DNA of 64,000 bases, from NCBI GenBank assembly GCA_044223005.1, contig JBGAML010000002.1, positions 64,001-128,000 on the forward strand. The letters run 5' to 3'. Position numbers and translations under genes: made by a program. Positions 1 through 9,285 of the stretch are shown piece by piece. Positions within the stretch are counted from its first letter, which is position 1. Each line of letters opens with the position of its first letter. The notes beneath the pieces are model-generated. The model saw only the letters and a program-made list of their open reading frames with translations, was not told where the DNA came from and made no database searches. This DNA comes from Candidatus Eiseniibacteriota bacterium. Lineage in GTDB: Bacteria; Eisenbacteria; RBG-16-71-46.

Positions 1-563
1 ACCGTCGCGCCGACGTCGGCGTGACGGCGGACGACCACGCCCGCGAACGGCGCCTCGATCGCGACGCCGGAGCGGAGCCCGTCGCGCTGCGCGCGCGCCT
101 GCGCCCAGCCGGCCTCGGCCGCGCGGCGGTCCGCCTGCGCGCCTTCCAGCTCGCGCAGCGCCGCCACGTGCGCGGCGTAGAGCGAATCCATGCGCGACTC
201 CTGGCGGCGGGCGAGGTCGCGCTGGAGCGTGGCCGAGACGAGCGCGGCCTCGGCGCCCTCGAGCTGCGCGCGCGTCTCCGGCGCGTCGAAGGTGGCGAGC
301 ACGGCGCCGGCGCGGAAGTGGTCGCCCTCGCGCAGCGGCATGGCCGTGAGCCGCGCCGCCATCCGGGCGGGCACGGTGACCTCCTCGCGTGCGGTGATGC
401 GCGCGGGCAGGACGAGCGGGGCGCCGGGCGCGCTGCCCGCGCGCTGCACCGTCACGGAGACGGCGGGGCGGGTGTCGGTCGCGGCGTGTTCGGCGGCGCC
501 ACCGCAGCCACCGGCGAGGGTGGCGAGGGCGAGGAGCGTCGCGGGAACGGAAAGCGTCTTCAT
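1..563 (-). CDS. RND efflux periplasmic adaptor (membrane fusion protein), truncated at window edge
   Basis: Read by hand: MKTLSVPATLLALATLAGGCGG lipobox, then LPARITAREEVTVPARMAARL...REGDHFRAGAVLATFD, a coiled coil, and IEAPFAGVVVRRHADVGATV (lipoyl-like MFP halves). ATGA overlap with the tolC stop. Confidence 0.85.
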   Translation of the reverse strand, partial: MKTLSVPATLLALATLAGGCGGAAEHAATDTRPAVSVTVQRAGSAPGAPLVLPARITAREEVTVPARMAARLTAMPLREGDHFRAGAVLATFDAPETRAQLEGAEAALVSATLQRDLARRQESRMDSLYAAHVAALRELEGAQADRRAAEAGWAQARAQRDGLRSGVAIEAPFAGVVVRRHADVGAT

Positions 564-1900
564 CGCAGTTCTCCCAGGGCGTGGAGGAGTCGGACGTGGG
601 CGAGCGTGGCCGCGGACGTGGCGTCGATGGCGGCCGCACGGGCGGCGGTGGCCTCGGCGTCGGCGGCGAGGAGGTCGGTGAGCGGGAGCAGGCCGGAGCG
701 GTAGCGCGCATCGGCGAGACGCAGCGCTTCTTCCGCCGCGGCGCGGCCGGCGAGCGCCGCGTCCATCTGTTCCGGTGCGACGTCGGCCGCGGCGCGGGCG
801 GCGGCGAGCGCGACGCCGAGGTCGCGCTGCAGCGCCTGCGCGTTCGCGTCGGCCTGCGTCGCCTGCGCGCGAGCCGCGCGCCAGGCGTTGAGCCGCTGCG
901 CACCGTCGAAGAGCGGGAAGTCGGCCGCGACGGCGAGCATCCAGCGGCGTTCCCACGAGCTGCCGGTGGCGGGGGCGTACTGCGAGACCGCGAGACGCGA
1001 GTTGAGCGAGGGCAGCAGCGCGAGCGCCGCCTGGTGCGACTGCGACGCCGCGGCCGCCGCCGCCTCGCGCGCCGCGGCGAGTTCGCCGCGCGCGCCGTCG
1101 CCGGCCGGGATCGGTGGGAGCACGCCCGCCGCACCGAGCGAATCCGCGTCGATCGGCGCGTGCACGAGCCCCGAGAGCCGCTGCAGCATGACGGCGAGCT
1201 GGCGCTTCGCGCCAAGGGAGCGGACGCGGGCCTCGCTCGCACGCGCCGAGGCGCGCAGCGTGTCGACGTCGGCGACCTGGCCCATGCGGAGCCGCTCCGC
1301 GGTGGCACCGCGCATCGCGTCCGCGAACGCGAGCGCCTGCGCCGCCGCGCGCGCGTTCTCGCGCGCCGCCACTGCGTCCACCCACGCTTCGGCCGCGCCG
1401 AGCAGCCGGTCGGCGACCGCGGCCCGCTCCATCTGCGTGGCCGCGCGCCCGTAACGGCCCGCGAGGCCCGGCGCGAGCAGTTCGCGCGCGCCGTTCCAGA
1501 TCGGCTGGTCCACCGTGATCGTCCACTGGCGGGCACTGCGGTCGCCGGGCTGGTTCAGCGCGTCGATCGCGAAATCGGAGGGCTCGAAACGTCCCTGCCA
1601 GAGCTTCTGTGAGAACAGCATCGCGGGATCGTCGCTGCGCGTGAAGCCCGCCGAGAGGGTGACGTGCGGTGAGAGATACGCCCACTGCTGGGCCGCCTGC
1701 GCCCGGCCGGCGGTGCCGGCGGCGTGGGCCGCGCGGACGGAGGGATCCTCGCGCCGCGTGGCGTCGAGCACGCGGGCGAGCGTCCAGGGATCGGCGTGAG
1801 CGGTCGCGGCGGCAGCGACCGCGAGCGCGAGCGCCGCGAGCAGCGGCAGGGCCCGCGTCGACGCGGCGGGCCGGCGGAAACGGCTGGGGAGTGTCGTCAT
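560..1900 (-). CDS. TolC-family outer membrane efflux protein
   Basis: Signal peptide; DQPIWNG and DFPLFDG repeats; ARYRSGLLPLTDLLAA; upstream of the MFP gene. Start set at ATG 1900. Confidence 0.85.
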   Translation of the reverse strand: MTTLPSRFRRPAASTRALPLLAALALAVAAAATAHADPWTLARVLDATRREDPSVRAAHAAGTAGRAQAAQQWAYLSPHVTLSAGFTRSDDPAMLFSQKLWQGRFEPSDFAIDALNQPGDRSARQWTITVDQPIWNGARELLAPGLAGRYGRAATQMERAAVADRLLGAAEAWVDAVAARENARAAAQALAFADAMRGATAERLRMGQVADVDTLRASARASEARVRSLGAKRQLAVMLQRLSGLVHAPIDADSLGAAGVLPPIPAGDGARGELAAAREAAAAAASQSHQAALALLPSLNSRLAVSQYAPATGSSWERRWMLAVAADFPLFDGAQRLNAWRAARAQATQADANAQALQRDLGVALAAARAAADVAPEQMDAALAGRAAAEEALRLADARYRSGLLPLTDLLAADAEATAARAAAIDATSAATLAHVRLLHALGELR

Positions 1901-1908
1901 GGCACCGG

Positions 1909-1941
1909 GTGGGTGCCCTGCCCCGGGCAAAGGATTCCGGG
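1909..1941 (-). promoter_or_regulatory. Putative ECF-sigma promoter for the tolC-MFP operon (CCCGGAATCCTTTGCC-N9-GCACCCAC)
   Basis: Same two blocks with the same spacing recur at 17129-17161 upstream of osmC; GGAATC resembles an ECF -35 element. Confidence 0.65.
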
Positions 1942-1964
1942 CCGGGCGCGCGCCCGTAAACGTC

Positions 1965-1973
1965 TGCTAGGAT
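1965..1973 (+). promoter_or_regulatory. Extended -10 element (TGcTAGGAT), probably leaderless transcript
   Basis: TAGGAT ends 6 nt before ATG 1980; no Shine-Dalgarno in between. Confidence 0.5.
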
Positions 1974-1979
1974 GCGGTT

Positions 1980-2891
1980 ATGGCGACCGAATCCCGATCC
2001 CCCGTTCGCAGCTCCCAACGGAAGACGCTCTTCGTCGAAGCCGCGCCGAAGCATTCCGGCAAGCGCCCTGCGACGGACGCCCCGTCGCGCCGCGAGGAGG
2101 CGAAGCTGATCGCCGCCGCGCGCCGGGGCGACCGGGCCGCGCTCACGACGCTCGTCGAGCACGTCTCCGGGCCGGCCAGCCGCTTCAGCCGTGGCTTCTG
2201 CCGCGACCCGCACGACGCCGAGGACCTCGTGCAGGAGGTGCTGTCCACGCTCCTGCGCTCGCTGCCGTCGTTCCGCGGCGAGTCCTCGCTCTCGACCTGG
2301 ACGTACGTCGTCGCCCGCCGGGCGTGCGCGCGGCTCCGCCGCCGCGGCGCGCGCATGTCGGCGGTGGCGCCAGATTCGCCCGAGATCGCCAGCGCGCCCG
2401 ATCCGGGCGCGGGGCCGCAGCGGGGCGCGGAGCGTCGCCAGCTCGGCGAGGCGATCGAGCGCGCCATCGCCTCGCTGCCCATGCCGCAGCGCGAGGTGCT
2501 CGTGCTGCGCGACGTCGAAGGCATGAGCGCCGCCGAGGTGGGCGAGGTGCTGGGGCTGGGCGAACGCGCCGTGAAGTCGCGCCTGCACCGCGCGCGGCTG
2601 GCGCTGCGCACGCTGCTCGCGCCCTACGTGGGCACCGGCGAGCGCCACGCGCCGGGGCCGAGCTGCCCCGACACGGCGCGCATGCTCAGCCGCTACATGG
2701 AGGGCGAGCTGAGCCCCGGAGTCTGCGCGCGCATGGAAGAGCACGTGCGCGCCTGTCCCGCCTGCGGCGACGCCTGCCACTCGCTGCGCGAGGTGCTCGG
2801 CGCGTGCCGCTCCCACGGCGAGCGCACGCTGCCGGCGGACGTGCGGCAGGCCGTGCGCGTCGCGGTGCGCGAGGCGCTCGGGATCGGGTAG
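1980..2891 (+). CDS. ECF sigma-70 factor with fused C-terminal zf-HC2 (ZAS-like) domain
   Basis: Region 2 DAEDLVQE...FRGESSLSTWTYVVARR; region 4 LRDVEGMSAAEVGEVLGL...VKSRLHRAR; C-terminal CPD...LSRYMEGEL...HVRACPAC. Confidence 0.9.
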   Translation: MATESRSPVRSSQRKTLFVEAAPKHSGKRPATDAPSRREEAKLIAAARRGDRAALTTLVEHVSGPASRFSRGFCRDPHDAEDLVQEVLSTLLRSLPSFRGESSLSTWTYVVARRACARLRRRGARMSAVAPDSPEIASAPDPGAGPQRGAERRQLGEAIERAIASLPMPQREVLVLRDVEGMSAAEVGEVLGLGERAVKSRLHRARLALRTLLAPYVGTGERHAPGPSCPDTARMLSRYMEGELSPGVCARMEEHVRACPACGDACHSLREVLGACRSHGERTLPADVRQAVRVAVREALGIG

Positions 2892-2915
2892 GCGAGGTTC
2901 CCGCGCGGCGACGAA

Positions 2916-2957
2916 ACACGACGGCCCGGCGGTCTTTCGACCGCCGGGCCGTCGTGT
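2916..2957. terminator. Bidirectional hairpin between convergent genes
   Basis: 19-bp perfect stem ACACGACGGCCCGGCGGTC-TTTC-GACCGCCGGGCCGTCGTGT. Confidence 0.7.
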
Positions 2958-2967
2958 GAGCGTTTGC

Positions 2968-3345
2968 TCAGGCGACCTGCTTCATCGCCTCGCGCACCTC
3001 GCGCGCGCTCGCGCGCCCTTCGGCGATCGCGAGCTGCGTGAGCACGACCTTGAGGTTCGCGCGGGGCGCGGGCAGGCCGCGGGCCTGCAGGTCCGCCTCG
3101 AGCTTCGTGAGCAGGGGCTCGACCACGCCGGGCAGCGCGAGCGCGTCGCCGCTCCAGTTCGCGCGCAGGTACTCGCGCGCCTCGTCCTGGATCGCCTTCG
3201 TCACCTGGAGCAGGTCGGAGAGCGAGGTCACGCCGGCCACGCTCGCGGCGCCTCGCCGGGCGAGGATCGGGCGGACGACGACCAGCATGACGACGATGTC
3301 GATCACGACGAACGCGACGATGGCGACGATCACGATGGGATTCAC
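2968..3345 (-). CDS. Hypothetical membrane-anchored protein
   Basis: N-terminal TM helix, GGAG RBS, last gene of the pilT operon. Confidence 0.7.
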   Translation of the reverse strand: MNPIVIVAIVAFVVIDIVVMLVVVRPILARRGAASVAGVTSLSDLLQVTKAIQDEAREYLRANWSGDALALPGVVEPLLTKLEADLQARGLPAPRANLKVVLTQLAIAEGRASAREVREAMKQVA

Positions 3346-3355
3346 GGAGCGTTCC

Positions 3356-4795
3356 TCACGCGGCCTTGCGGCCCTTCTTGAGCGTACGGGTCAGTTCCGC
3401 GGCGAGCGCGGCCATGGGATCGGCGGTTGAAGCGGTCGACTTCGGGGCCGGGGCCGGCGCGGACTCCTCGGCATGCGCGACCGGCTCGGGTGCGGCCGAC
3501 GCGGCGGCCGCGGCCGGAGCCACGGCGGGCGCCGACGTGCGGACGGGCACCACGGTGAACGCGGGCAGCGCGTTGGCGCGAGGCACGACGTGCAGCACGG
3601 TGAGCGGCAGGTCGGCGAGCAGCGCCTCGATACCGTCCCCGCTGCGGCGGCCGACGCGCGCGCACCAGCGCGCGAGCGCGTGTGCGCTCTCGTGCGCGGG
3701 CACCGCGACCACGACGCGCGTCGCCGAGCCGATCGCGGCGAGGCTCGCGCCGGCGTGCGGGGCGTCGAACGCGGCGACGTCGGGCGACATGGCCTCGACC
3801 ATCTCCGCCGTACGCGGACCGCTCGCGCGCACGATCACGCCCGTGCCGTCCTCGTGGCGCCAGCGGCCGTGATCGGTCGCGAGCAGCACCGCGCCCGCGC
3901 GCTGGCGCGCGAGCTGCGCGATGCAGGCGTGGAAGAGCCGCTCGGTCGTGGCGGCCTCGGGGCCCGAGACGATCAGCAGCCCGGCGCTCTCGGCGAGGCA
4001 CTCGCGCAGCTGGTCGTGACGGCCCTCGAACCCGGCCAGCTCCGGCGGTGCGAGCGCGGCGGCGCGGAGCCACAGCGCCTCGTTCTCGCCGCTCACCGAG
4101 GTGACCGTGTACGTGCGGCCGTCCTCGTGCTCCACCGACCACGTCGTGACGCCCGCGGCGTCGGCCACGGGCCGCTCGCCCGCGTACCCTTCGAGCAGTT
4201 TGGCCCGCAGCTGCTCGAACGCGCCGCGGTCCACCGGCTGAGCGCCGGCGCCGCGCCACACCCCGGCGAGCCGCGCGCGCGCGAGTTCGCCCGGGCGGAA
4301 GAGGAGCGCGTCGGACGGATCGCGCAGCAGCTCGAACGGCGTCGCGTCCGGATCGTCGGACGACGGCAGCGGGCGCGTCTGCGTCGCCACCGACTGGAAC
4401 GCCTGGCGCAGCGCATCGAGGCTGCTCGCGCGCCGCGCGAGCCGGTCGACCTCGCCGCCCGATTCGCCCGCGCCGAGCTCGTCCATGCGCCGGGCGGCCT
4501 CCATCATGAGACCTTCGGTGTTCTCGGTGATCGTGTGCGCGCCGGAGGCGGAGCCGGCGACGAACGTGAACGTGCCGGTCTTCCAGCCGAACAGGACGTA
4601 CGCCGCGCCTTCGCCCTCGTGGTACTCGTCGTCCACGGCGTTCACGATCTGGCCCTGGTCGAAGTAGAAGTAGCCCTTGCGGCCCTCGGAGACGATGCTC
4701 AGCTCGCCGCTCGCTCGGTTGAGCATGAAGAGCTGCCCGAGATCGAACAGCGAGAGCAGGCCGAGCTCGCCCGAAAGGACGGGTGCCGCGGGCAT
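3356..4795 (-). CDS. DUF4388-domain protein with degenerate PilT-like ATPase region
   Basis: Starts MPAAPVLSGELGLLSLFDLGQL...GYFYFDQGQIVNA...LFGWKTGTFTF...LMMEAARRMDE (DUF4388 pattern). Later GLLIVSGPEAATT resembles a broken Walker A. TGATG coupling to pilT. Confidence 0.75.
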   Translation of the reverse strand: MPAAPVLSGELGLLSLFDLGQLFMLNRASGELSIVSEGRKGYFYFDQGQIVNAVDDEYHEGEGAAYVLFGWKTGTFTFVAGSASGAHTITENTEGLMMEAARRMDELGAGESGGEVDRLARRASSLDALRQAFQSVATQTRPLPSSDDPDATPFELLRDPSDALLFRPGELARARLAGVWRGAGAQPVDRGAFEQLRAKLLEGYAGERPVADAAGVTTWSVEHEDGRTYTVTSVSGENEALWLRAAALAPPELAGFEGRHDQLRECLAESAGLLIVSGPEAATTERLFHACIAQLARQRAGAVLLATDHGRWRHEDGTGVIVRASGPRTAEMVEAMSPDVAAFDAPHAGASLAAIGSATRVVVAVPAHESAHALARWCARVGRRSGDGIEALLADLPLTVLHVVPRANALPAFTVVPVRTSAPAVAPAAAAASAAPEPVAHAEESAPAPAPKSTASTADPMAALAAELTRTLKKGRKAA

Positions 4796-5883
4796 CAGGC
4801 CGCCTGTGCGCGCGGAGCCGGGGGCGCGATGCGCTCGAGCGTGGGCAGCAGGTCCTTGCTCGAGAGGTGCGCGATCGCGTCCTCGACGGCGACGGCGCCC
4901 TCGCGCACGAGCTGCATGACGGCTTCGTCCATCGTCTGCATGCCGTCCTTCTTGCCCGTCTGGATCACCGACTGCAGCTGGAAGGTCTTCTTCTCGCGGA
5001 TGAGCGCGGAGACGGCGGACGTGCCCATGAGCACCTCCATCGCGAGCACGCGCCCGCGGCCGTCGCGCCGGCGCAGCAGCCGCTGCGCGAGCACGCCCTT
5101 CAGCGATTCGGAGAGCATGAGGCGCGCCTGCGACTGCCGCTCGCCGTCGAAGGAATCGAGGATGCGGTCCACCGTCTGCGTGGCGCTCATGGTGTGCAAC
5201 GTCGCGAACACGAGCTGGCCCGTGGCCGCGGCGGTCATCGCCAGCGCCATGGTCTCGACGTCGCGCATCTCGCCGACCATGATCACGTCCGGGTCCTCGC
5301 GCAGCGCGCCGTGCAGCGCCTTGGCGAAGCTCGGCGTGTTGCGGCCGACCTCGCGCTGCGTGACCAGGCACTCCTTGTTCTGGTGCCGGTACTCGATCGG
5401 GTCCTCGATCGTGAGGATGTGCTTGCGGCGCGAACGATTGATGTGGTCCAGGAGCGCCGCGAGCGTGCTCGACTTGCCCGTGCCCGGAGGCCCGGTCACC
5501 ACGACGAGCCCGCGCGGCAGGTCCGTGAGTCGCACGAGGTCCGCGGGCAGGCCGAGCTGTTCCATGGACAGGATCTGGCTCGGCAGCATGCGGAACGCGC
5601 CGGCGGGACCGCGGCTCTGCTCGTAGATGTTGCAGCGCGCGCGCACGACGCCGGGGACTTCGTAGGAGAAGTCGACGTCCTTGAACTGGTCGAACCGCGC
5701 GCGGACCGCCGAGTCCATGATCTCGAAGAGCAGCAGCTCGCTCATCTCGCGCGTCAGCGGCTCGTACGGAATCGGCGTGATGTCGCCGTTGATCCGCACC
5801 ATCGGCGGGGAACCGGTCGTCATGTGCAGGTCGGAAGCGCCCTGCTCCTTGACCAGCTTCAGGATTGCGTCGATTCGCGCCAT
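4795..5883 (-). CDS. pilT: PilT/PilU-family type IV pilus ATPase
   Basis: GASDLH; Walker A GPPGTGKS; TIEDPIE; LREDPDVIMVGEMRD; TLHT; AVSALIRE; GMQTMD. Confidence 0.9.
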   Translation of the reverse strand: MARIDAILKLVKEQGASDLHMTTGSPPMVRINGDITPIPYEPLTREMSELLLFEIMDSAVRARFDQFKDVDFSYEVPGVVRARCNIYEQSRGPAGAFRMLPSQILSMEQLGLPADLVRLTDLPRGLVVVTGPPGTGKSSTLAALLDHINRSRRKHILTIEDPIEYRHQNKECLVTQREVGRNTPSFAKALHGALREDPDVIMVGEMRDVETMALAMTAAATGQLVFATLHTMSATQTVDRILDSFDGERQSQARLMLSESLKGVLAQRLLRRRDGRGRVLAMEVLMGTSAVSALIREKKTFQLQSVIQTGKKDGMQTMDEAVMQLVREGAVAVEDAIAHLSSKDLLPTLERIAPPAPRAQAA

Positions 5884-6055
5884 GGCCGTCCGTCACGTGG
5901 GGCCCTGTCGCCGCGCGGCGTGCGCGGGGCGGGGTTCTCCGGGGTTTTCGGCCCTTCCCGGCCGGCCCTGCACCCCGAACTGTCGCCCGGGGGGCCTCAA
6001 ATCCCCGGCCGGGGCTGCCGATACCGGTAGGGACGACCCCCCGGGAGGAGACGGG

Positions 6056-6550
6056 ATGCCCCAGTACGTCGAGAAGATCCGCGTCCCGGTCCGGCTCGCC
6101 CGGAGTGGGCAGCCACCGATCGCGGGCCTGATCTCGCTGTCACCACGCGCCGAGCTGCACGACGGCCCCGAGACGCTGCTCGAATGCCTGAACGCCGCGC
6201 CCCGCGTGCTGCCGTTCCAGCTCGCCGACGGCGATTCGGTGCTGCTGGTCTCGCGCGAGCACATCGACTGGGTCGAGTCCGACGCGTCGATCGAGGCCCG
6301 GCTCGTGCGACCGCCGACGTTCATGGCGACGCGCGAGGAGCGCGTGCGCGTGCGCACCGCCGCGGGCGAGACGTTCGAGGGCGTGATCGCGATGGAGATG
6401 CCGCACGAGTTCAATCGCGCCTCCGACTACCTGAACGGCCCCGAGGCGTTCTTCCCGCTCCGCACCCCGACCGGCACGCGCCTGCTCAACAAGGCCCGCG
6501 TGGTGGACGTGCTCGTGCGCGGGAGCGTGCCGATCCCGAACGCGGCGTAG
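6056..6550 (+). CDS. Conserved hypothetical protein with two similar beta-rich halves
   Basis: GGAGGA RBS; halves LLECLN...VLPF and RASDYLN...FFPL; divergent from pilT. Confidence 0.7.
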   Translation: MPQYVEKIRVPVRLARSGQPPIAGLISLSPRAELHDGPETLLECLNAAPRVLPFQLADGDSVLLVSREHIDWVESDASIEARLVRPPTFMATREERVRVRTAAGETFEGVIAMEMPHEFNRASDYLNGPEAFFPLRTPTGTRLLNKARVVDVLVRGSVPIPNAA

Positions 6551-6601
6551 GCGCGGGGCGGGGCACCCGACGATCCGCACCCTCGCGGTCGATTGGACGG
6601 C

Positions 6602-8842
6602 ATGGACGTCGGCGCGCGGCACTGGGAGTATCGCTATGAGGACGCCCGTGGCCGCCTGACGACGATCGTGGATCCCATGCTGCATGAGACGCACTTCGCC
6701 TACGACGAAGCCGACCGGCTCCTCTGGCAGCAGTTGCCGGGGAGTGACGACAGCGCGCGCGTGTACTTCGATCACGATGCCGAGGGCAACCTGACGGGCG
6801 TGAAGCCCCCGGGGCGCTCCTTCCACAACTTCACGCTCACCCCGGGCGCGCTGACACAGGCCTACGATCCGCCGGACGTGCTCGGGCTCGCCGTCGACCA
6901 GACGAGCTACCAGTACAACCTCGATCGGCAGCTCGAGCACCTGTATCGCCCGGACGGCCTGGCCGTGGATCTCGGCTACGAGAGCGGGACCGGGCGACTG
7001 GTCTCCGTGACCCAGCCGCGGGGCACCTCGAGCCTGACGTACGTCCCGGGCCCGGGCGGCAATGGCGCCGGGCACGCGCAGAGCTTGAGCTCACCGGATG
7101 GTGTCGGGCTCACGTTCGGCTATGACGGCAGCCTGCCGACCTCGGAGACGTGGGGCTTCGGTGGCGGCGTGACCGGCTCCGTCAGCTACGCGTTCGACGA
7201 GAACTTCTGGCCCACCTCCCAGACCGTCCAGGGCTCCACCGGCGCAGCGAGCACGCTCACCTACGACTTCGACGCCGACGGCCTGGTGACGAGCGCCACG
7301 ATCAACGGCGGGCCCGCGCTGGCGTTGCAGCCCGATTCGGTGACGTCCCTGCTCGCCAACACGCGCATCGCCGGCGTGCAGACTCGCTACGGGTACAACC
7401 CCTACGCCGAGCTGACTTCGACGGCGACGTGGGTCGGCTCCGACACGCTTTACGCGGCCACCTATGAGCGCGACGACCTGGGACGGATCACCCGCATCGT
7501 CGAGACGACTGACGGCACCACCACCGATCGCGCCTACACCTACCACGACCGCGGCTGGCTCAAAGGCGTGAGGGATTCGATCGGCCACGTCGCGCTGGGC
7601 AGCTACGCCTACGACCTGAACGGCAACGACACCCTCGCCGTGGACGACCGCGGCTCACGCAGTGGCCACTACGACGCGCAGGATCGCCTGACCGCGCTCG
7701 GCGGCGCGACTTACGGCTACACCGCGGCCGGCGAGCGCACCGCGCGCACGGTGGGGAGCGCCACCGACAGCACCTACTACGACCTGCTCGGCAACCTCAC
7801 TCGGGTCAAGCTCGCGAGCGGCGACGTGCTCGAGTACCGGGTCGACGGCAAGAACCGCCGCGTGGCCCGGTTGCTCAACGGCACGCTGACGGCCCGCTGG
7901 CTCTACGGCAACGACCTCGCCGTGGTGGGCGAGCTGGATGGCTCGGGCGCGCTGGTGAAGAGATTCGTGTACGCGAGCTCGGGGCACGTGCCCGACCTGA
8001 TGATCGTGCGCAATCCCTCCGGCCCGGACAGCACCTACCGGATCGTCACCGACCACCTGGGCAGCGTGCGGCTGGTGGTAAACGCAAGCACCGGGTGGGT
8101 GGCCCAACACATGGATTACGACGCGTGGGGCCACGTGACGCGCGACACGCGGGCCGGCTTCACGCCCTTCGGCTACGCGGGCGGGCTCTACGACCCGGCG
8201 ACCGGCCTCGTGCGCTTCGGCGCGCGAGACTACGACGCGGATGCGGGGGTGTGGACGGCGAAAGACCCCCTCGGCACGCCGGTCTCACGCGGCACCTATT
8301 GCTATTGCGGCGACAATCCAATAGACCGGATCGATCCAAGCGGCCTAGTCGACACACGAGCCTTGCTAAGCGCGGGGTTCGGTCTAGCAACGAACATCGC
8401 ATTGTTTTCGACAGGTCTATTCTTCAGCGAAACCGGCGCCGGTGTGATTGTGGCGGCATATGGCGCATACGGCATTGGCGCCAATATTGGCAATATTGGC
8501 AATGCTCTTGCCGACCGCCCCAGTGGGCCGACCGGCCCGATACAGACGACGTCTCAGCTCGGGATGTTGGCTGGTGGCGTTGACGCTGGTGGCAGGACTT
8601 GGAACGTCGTCGACATGCTGGCGCAGGTTGGAGACGCCGCCGTCCCAACATTGGCTGCGGGGCAAATCGACATGCGCGGGGCTGTAAAGCCCCTTGGGCC
8701 GGCCGGCTCGGCGCTTGGATTTGTAGAAAGGGCGCACGTTCCTCCCGAGAAGGCCTATCCGCTATTGCGAGTTGCCGCATTCGCAAATCTGTTTCTAGAT
8801 GCGATGGACATCCTGCGAAAGTGGCCCTGCCTATTCCCATGA
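6602..8842 (+). CDS. Rhs/YD-repeat protein, N-terminally truncated, with variable C-terminal toxin tip
   Basis: YD repeats; TDHLGSVR; YDAWG; PFGYAGGLYDPATGLVRFGARDYD; NPIDRIDPSG cleavage motif; GC drops after it. Confidence 0.85.
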   Translation: MDVGARHWEYRYEDARGRLTTIVDPMLHETHFAYDEADRLLWQQLPGSDDSARVYFDHDAEGNLTGVKPPGRSFHNFTLTPGALTQAYDPPDVLGLAVDQTSYQYNLDRQLEHLYRPDGLAVDLGYESGTGRLVSVTQPRGTSSLTYVPGPGGNGAGHAQSLSSPDGVGLTFGYDGSLPTSETWGFGGGVTGSVSYAFDENFWPTSQTVQGSTGAASTLTYDFDADGLVTSATINGGPALALQPDSVTSLLANTRIAGVQTRYGYNPYAELTSTATWVGSDTLYAATYERDDLGRITRIVETTDGTTTDRAYTYHDRGWLKGVRDSIGHVALGSYAYDLNGNDTLAVDDRGSRSGHYDAQDRLTALGGATYGYTAAGERTARTVGSATDSTYYDLLGNLTRVKLASGDVLEYRVDGKNRRVARLLNGTLTARWLYGNDLAVVGELDGSGALVKRFVYASSGHVPDLMIVRNPSGPDSTYRIVTDHLGSVRLVVNASTGWVAQHMDYDAWGHVTRDTRAGFTPFGYAGGLYDPATGLVRFGARDYDADAGVWTAKDPLGTPVSRGTYCYCGDNPIDRIDPSGLVDTRALLSAGFGLATNIALFSTGLFFSETGAGVIVAAYGAYGIGANIGNIGNALADRPSGPTGPIQTTSQLGMLAGGVDAGGRTWNVVDMLAQVGDAAVPTLAAGQIDMRGAVKPLGPAGSALGFVERAHVPPEKAYPLLRVAAFANLFLDAMDILRKWPCLFP
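6920..8270 (+). repeat. Rhs core duplication, copy 1
   Basis: Near-identical to 9286-10636 at constant offset 2366. Confidence 0.9.
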
Positions 8843-9141
8843 GGTTCTATATGGAGAGAATGACCCGCCTAGCCATAGTGGCAATGTGTGTCTCTATGAA
8901 CTTCTTGATTGGCCTAGGCCTTGGCCCGAGATGCACGCCGAGCCGAGGCATGAGTTCTGAGGGCGTGGCGATCGGACTCGCCGCTCTCGTGCTGTTTGCC
9001 CTAGCCGCGTGGTCTGGGAGCTGGATCTTCATTGCTCGTCGACGGCCTCGCACATTCTTGTGGCTCTTCCTTCTGATCAATGTCCTGCCATTCGTGATAG
9101 GTTTGGCAACTGGCATGCAATATCGACATGCCACGCGCTAG
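8839..9141 (+). CDS. Putative membrane immunity protein for Rhs tip 1
   Basis: ATGA overlap with the Rhs stop; 100 aa; about 3 hydrophobic segments; low GC. Confidence 0.65.
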   Translation: MRFYMERMTRLAIVAMCVSMNFLIGLGLGPRCTPSRGMSSEGVAIGLAALVLFALAAWSGSWIFIARRRPRTFLWLFLLINVLPFVIGLATGMQYRHATR

Positions 9142-9285
9142 TCTTGAAAAGGCAGTGCCCTTGACCGCCCGTCGTTGAGCCCGCGCAAGCTCGATCGTGG
9201 CGGCCGTCCCGGTAGGAGTGATGCCCCGGCCGTGCCCATTAGGTCTATCCGCATTTCGCTCGAGAATGGTCTCGTGCCGTCGCTC

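Noticed and set aside
3356..5896. 846-aa ORF as a PilT-overlapping fusion
   Set aside because: The N-terminal part is an Arg-rich off-frame read of pilT; the real start is ATG 4795.
9175..9285. N-terminal extension of the second Rhs ORF
   Set aside because: TTG start with no RBS and no Rhs similarity before 9286; treated as a non-coding junction.
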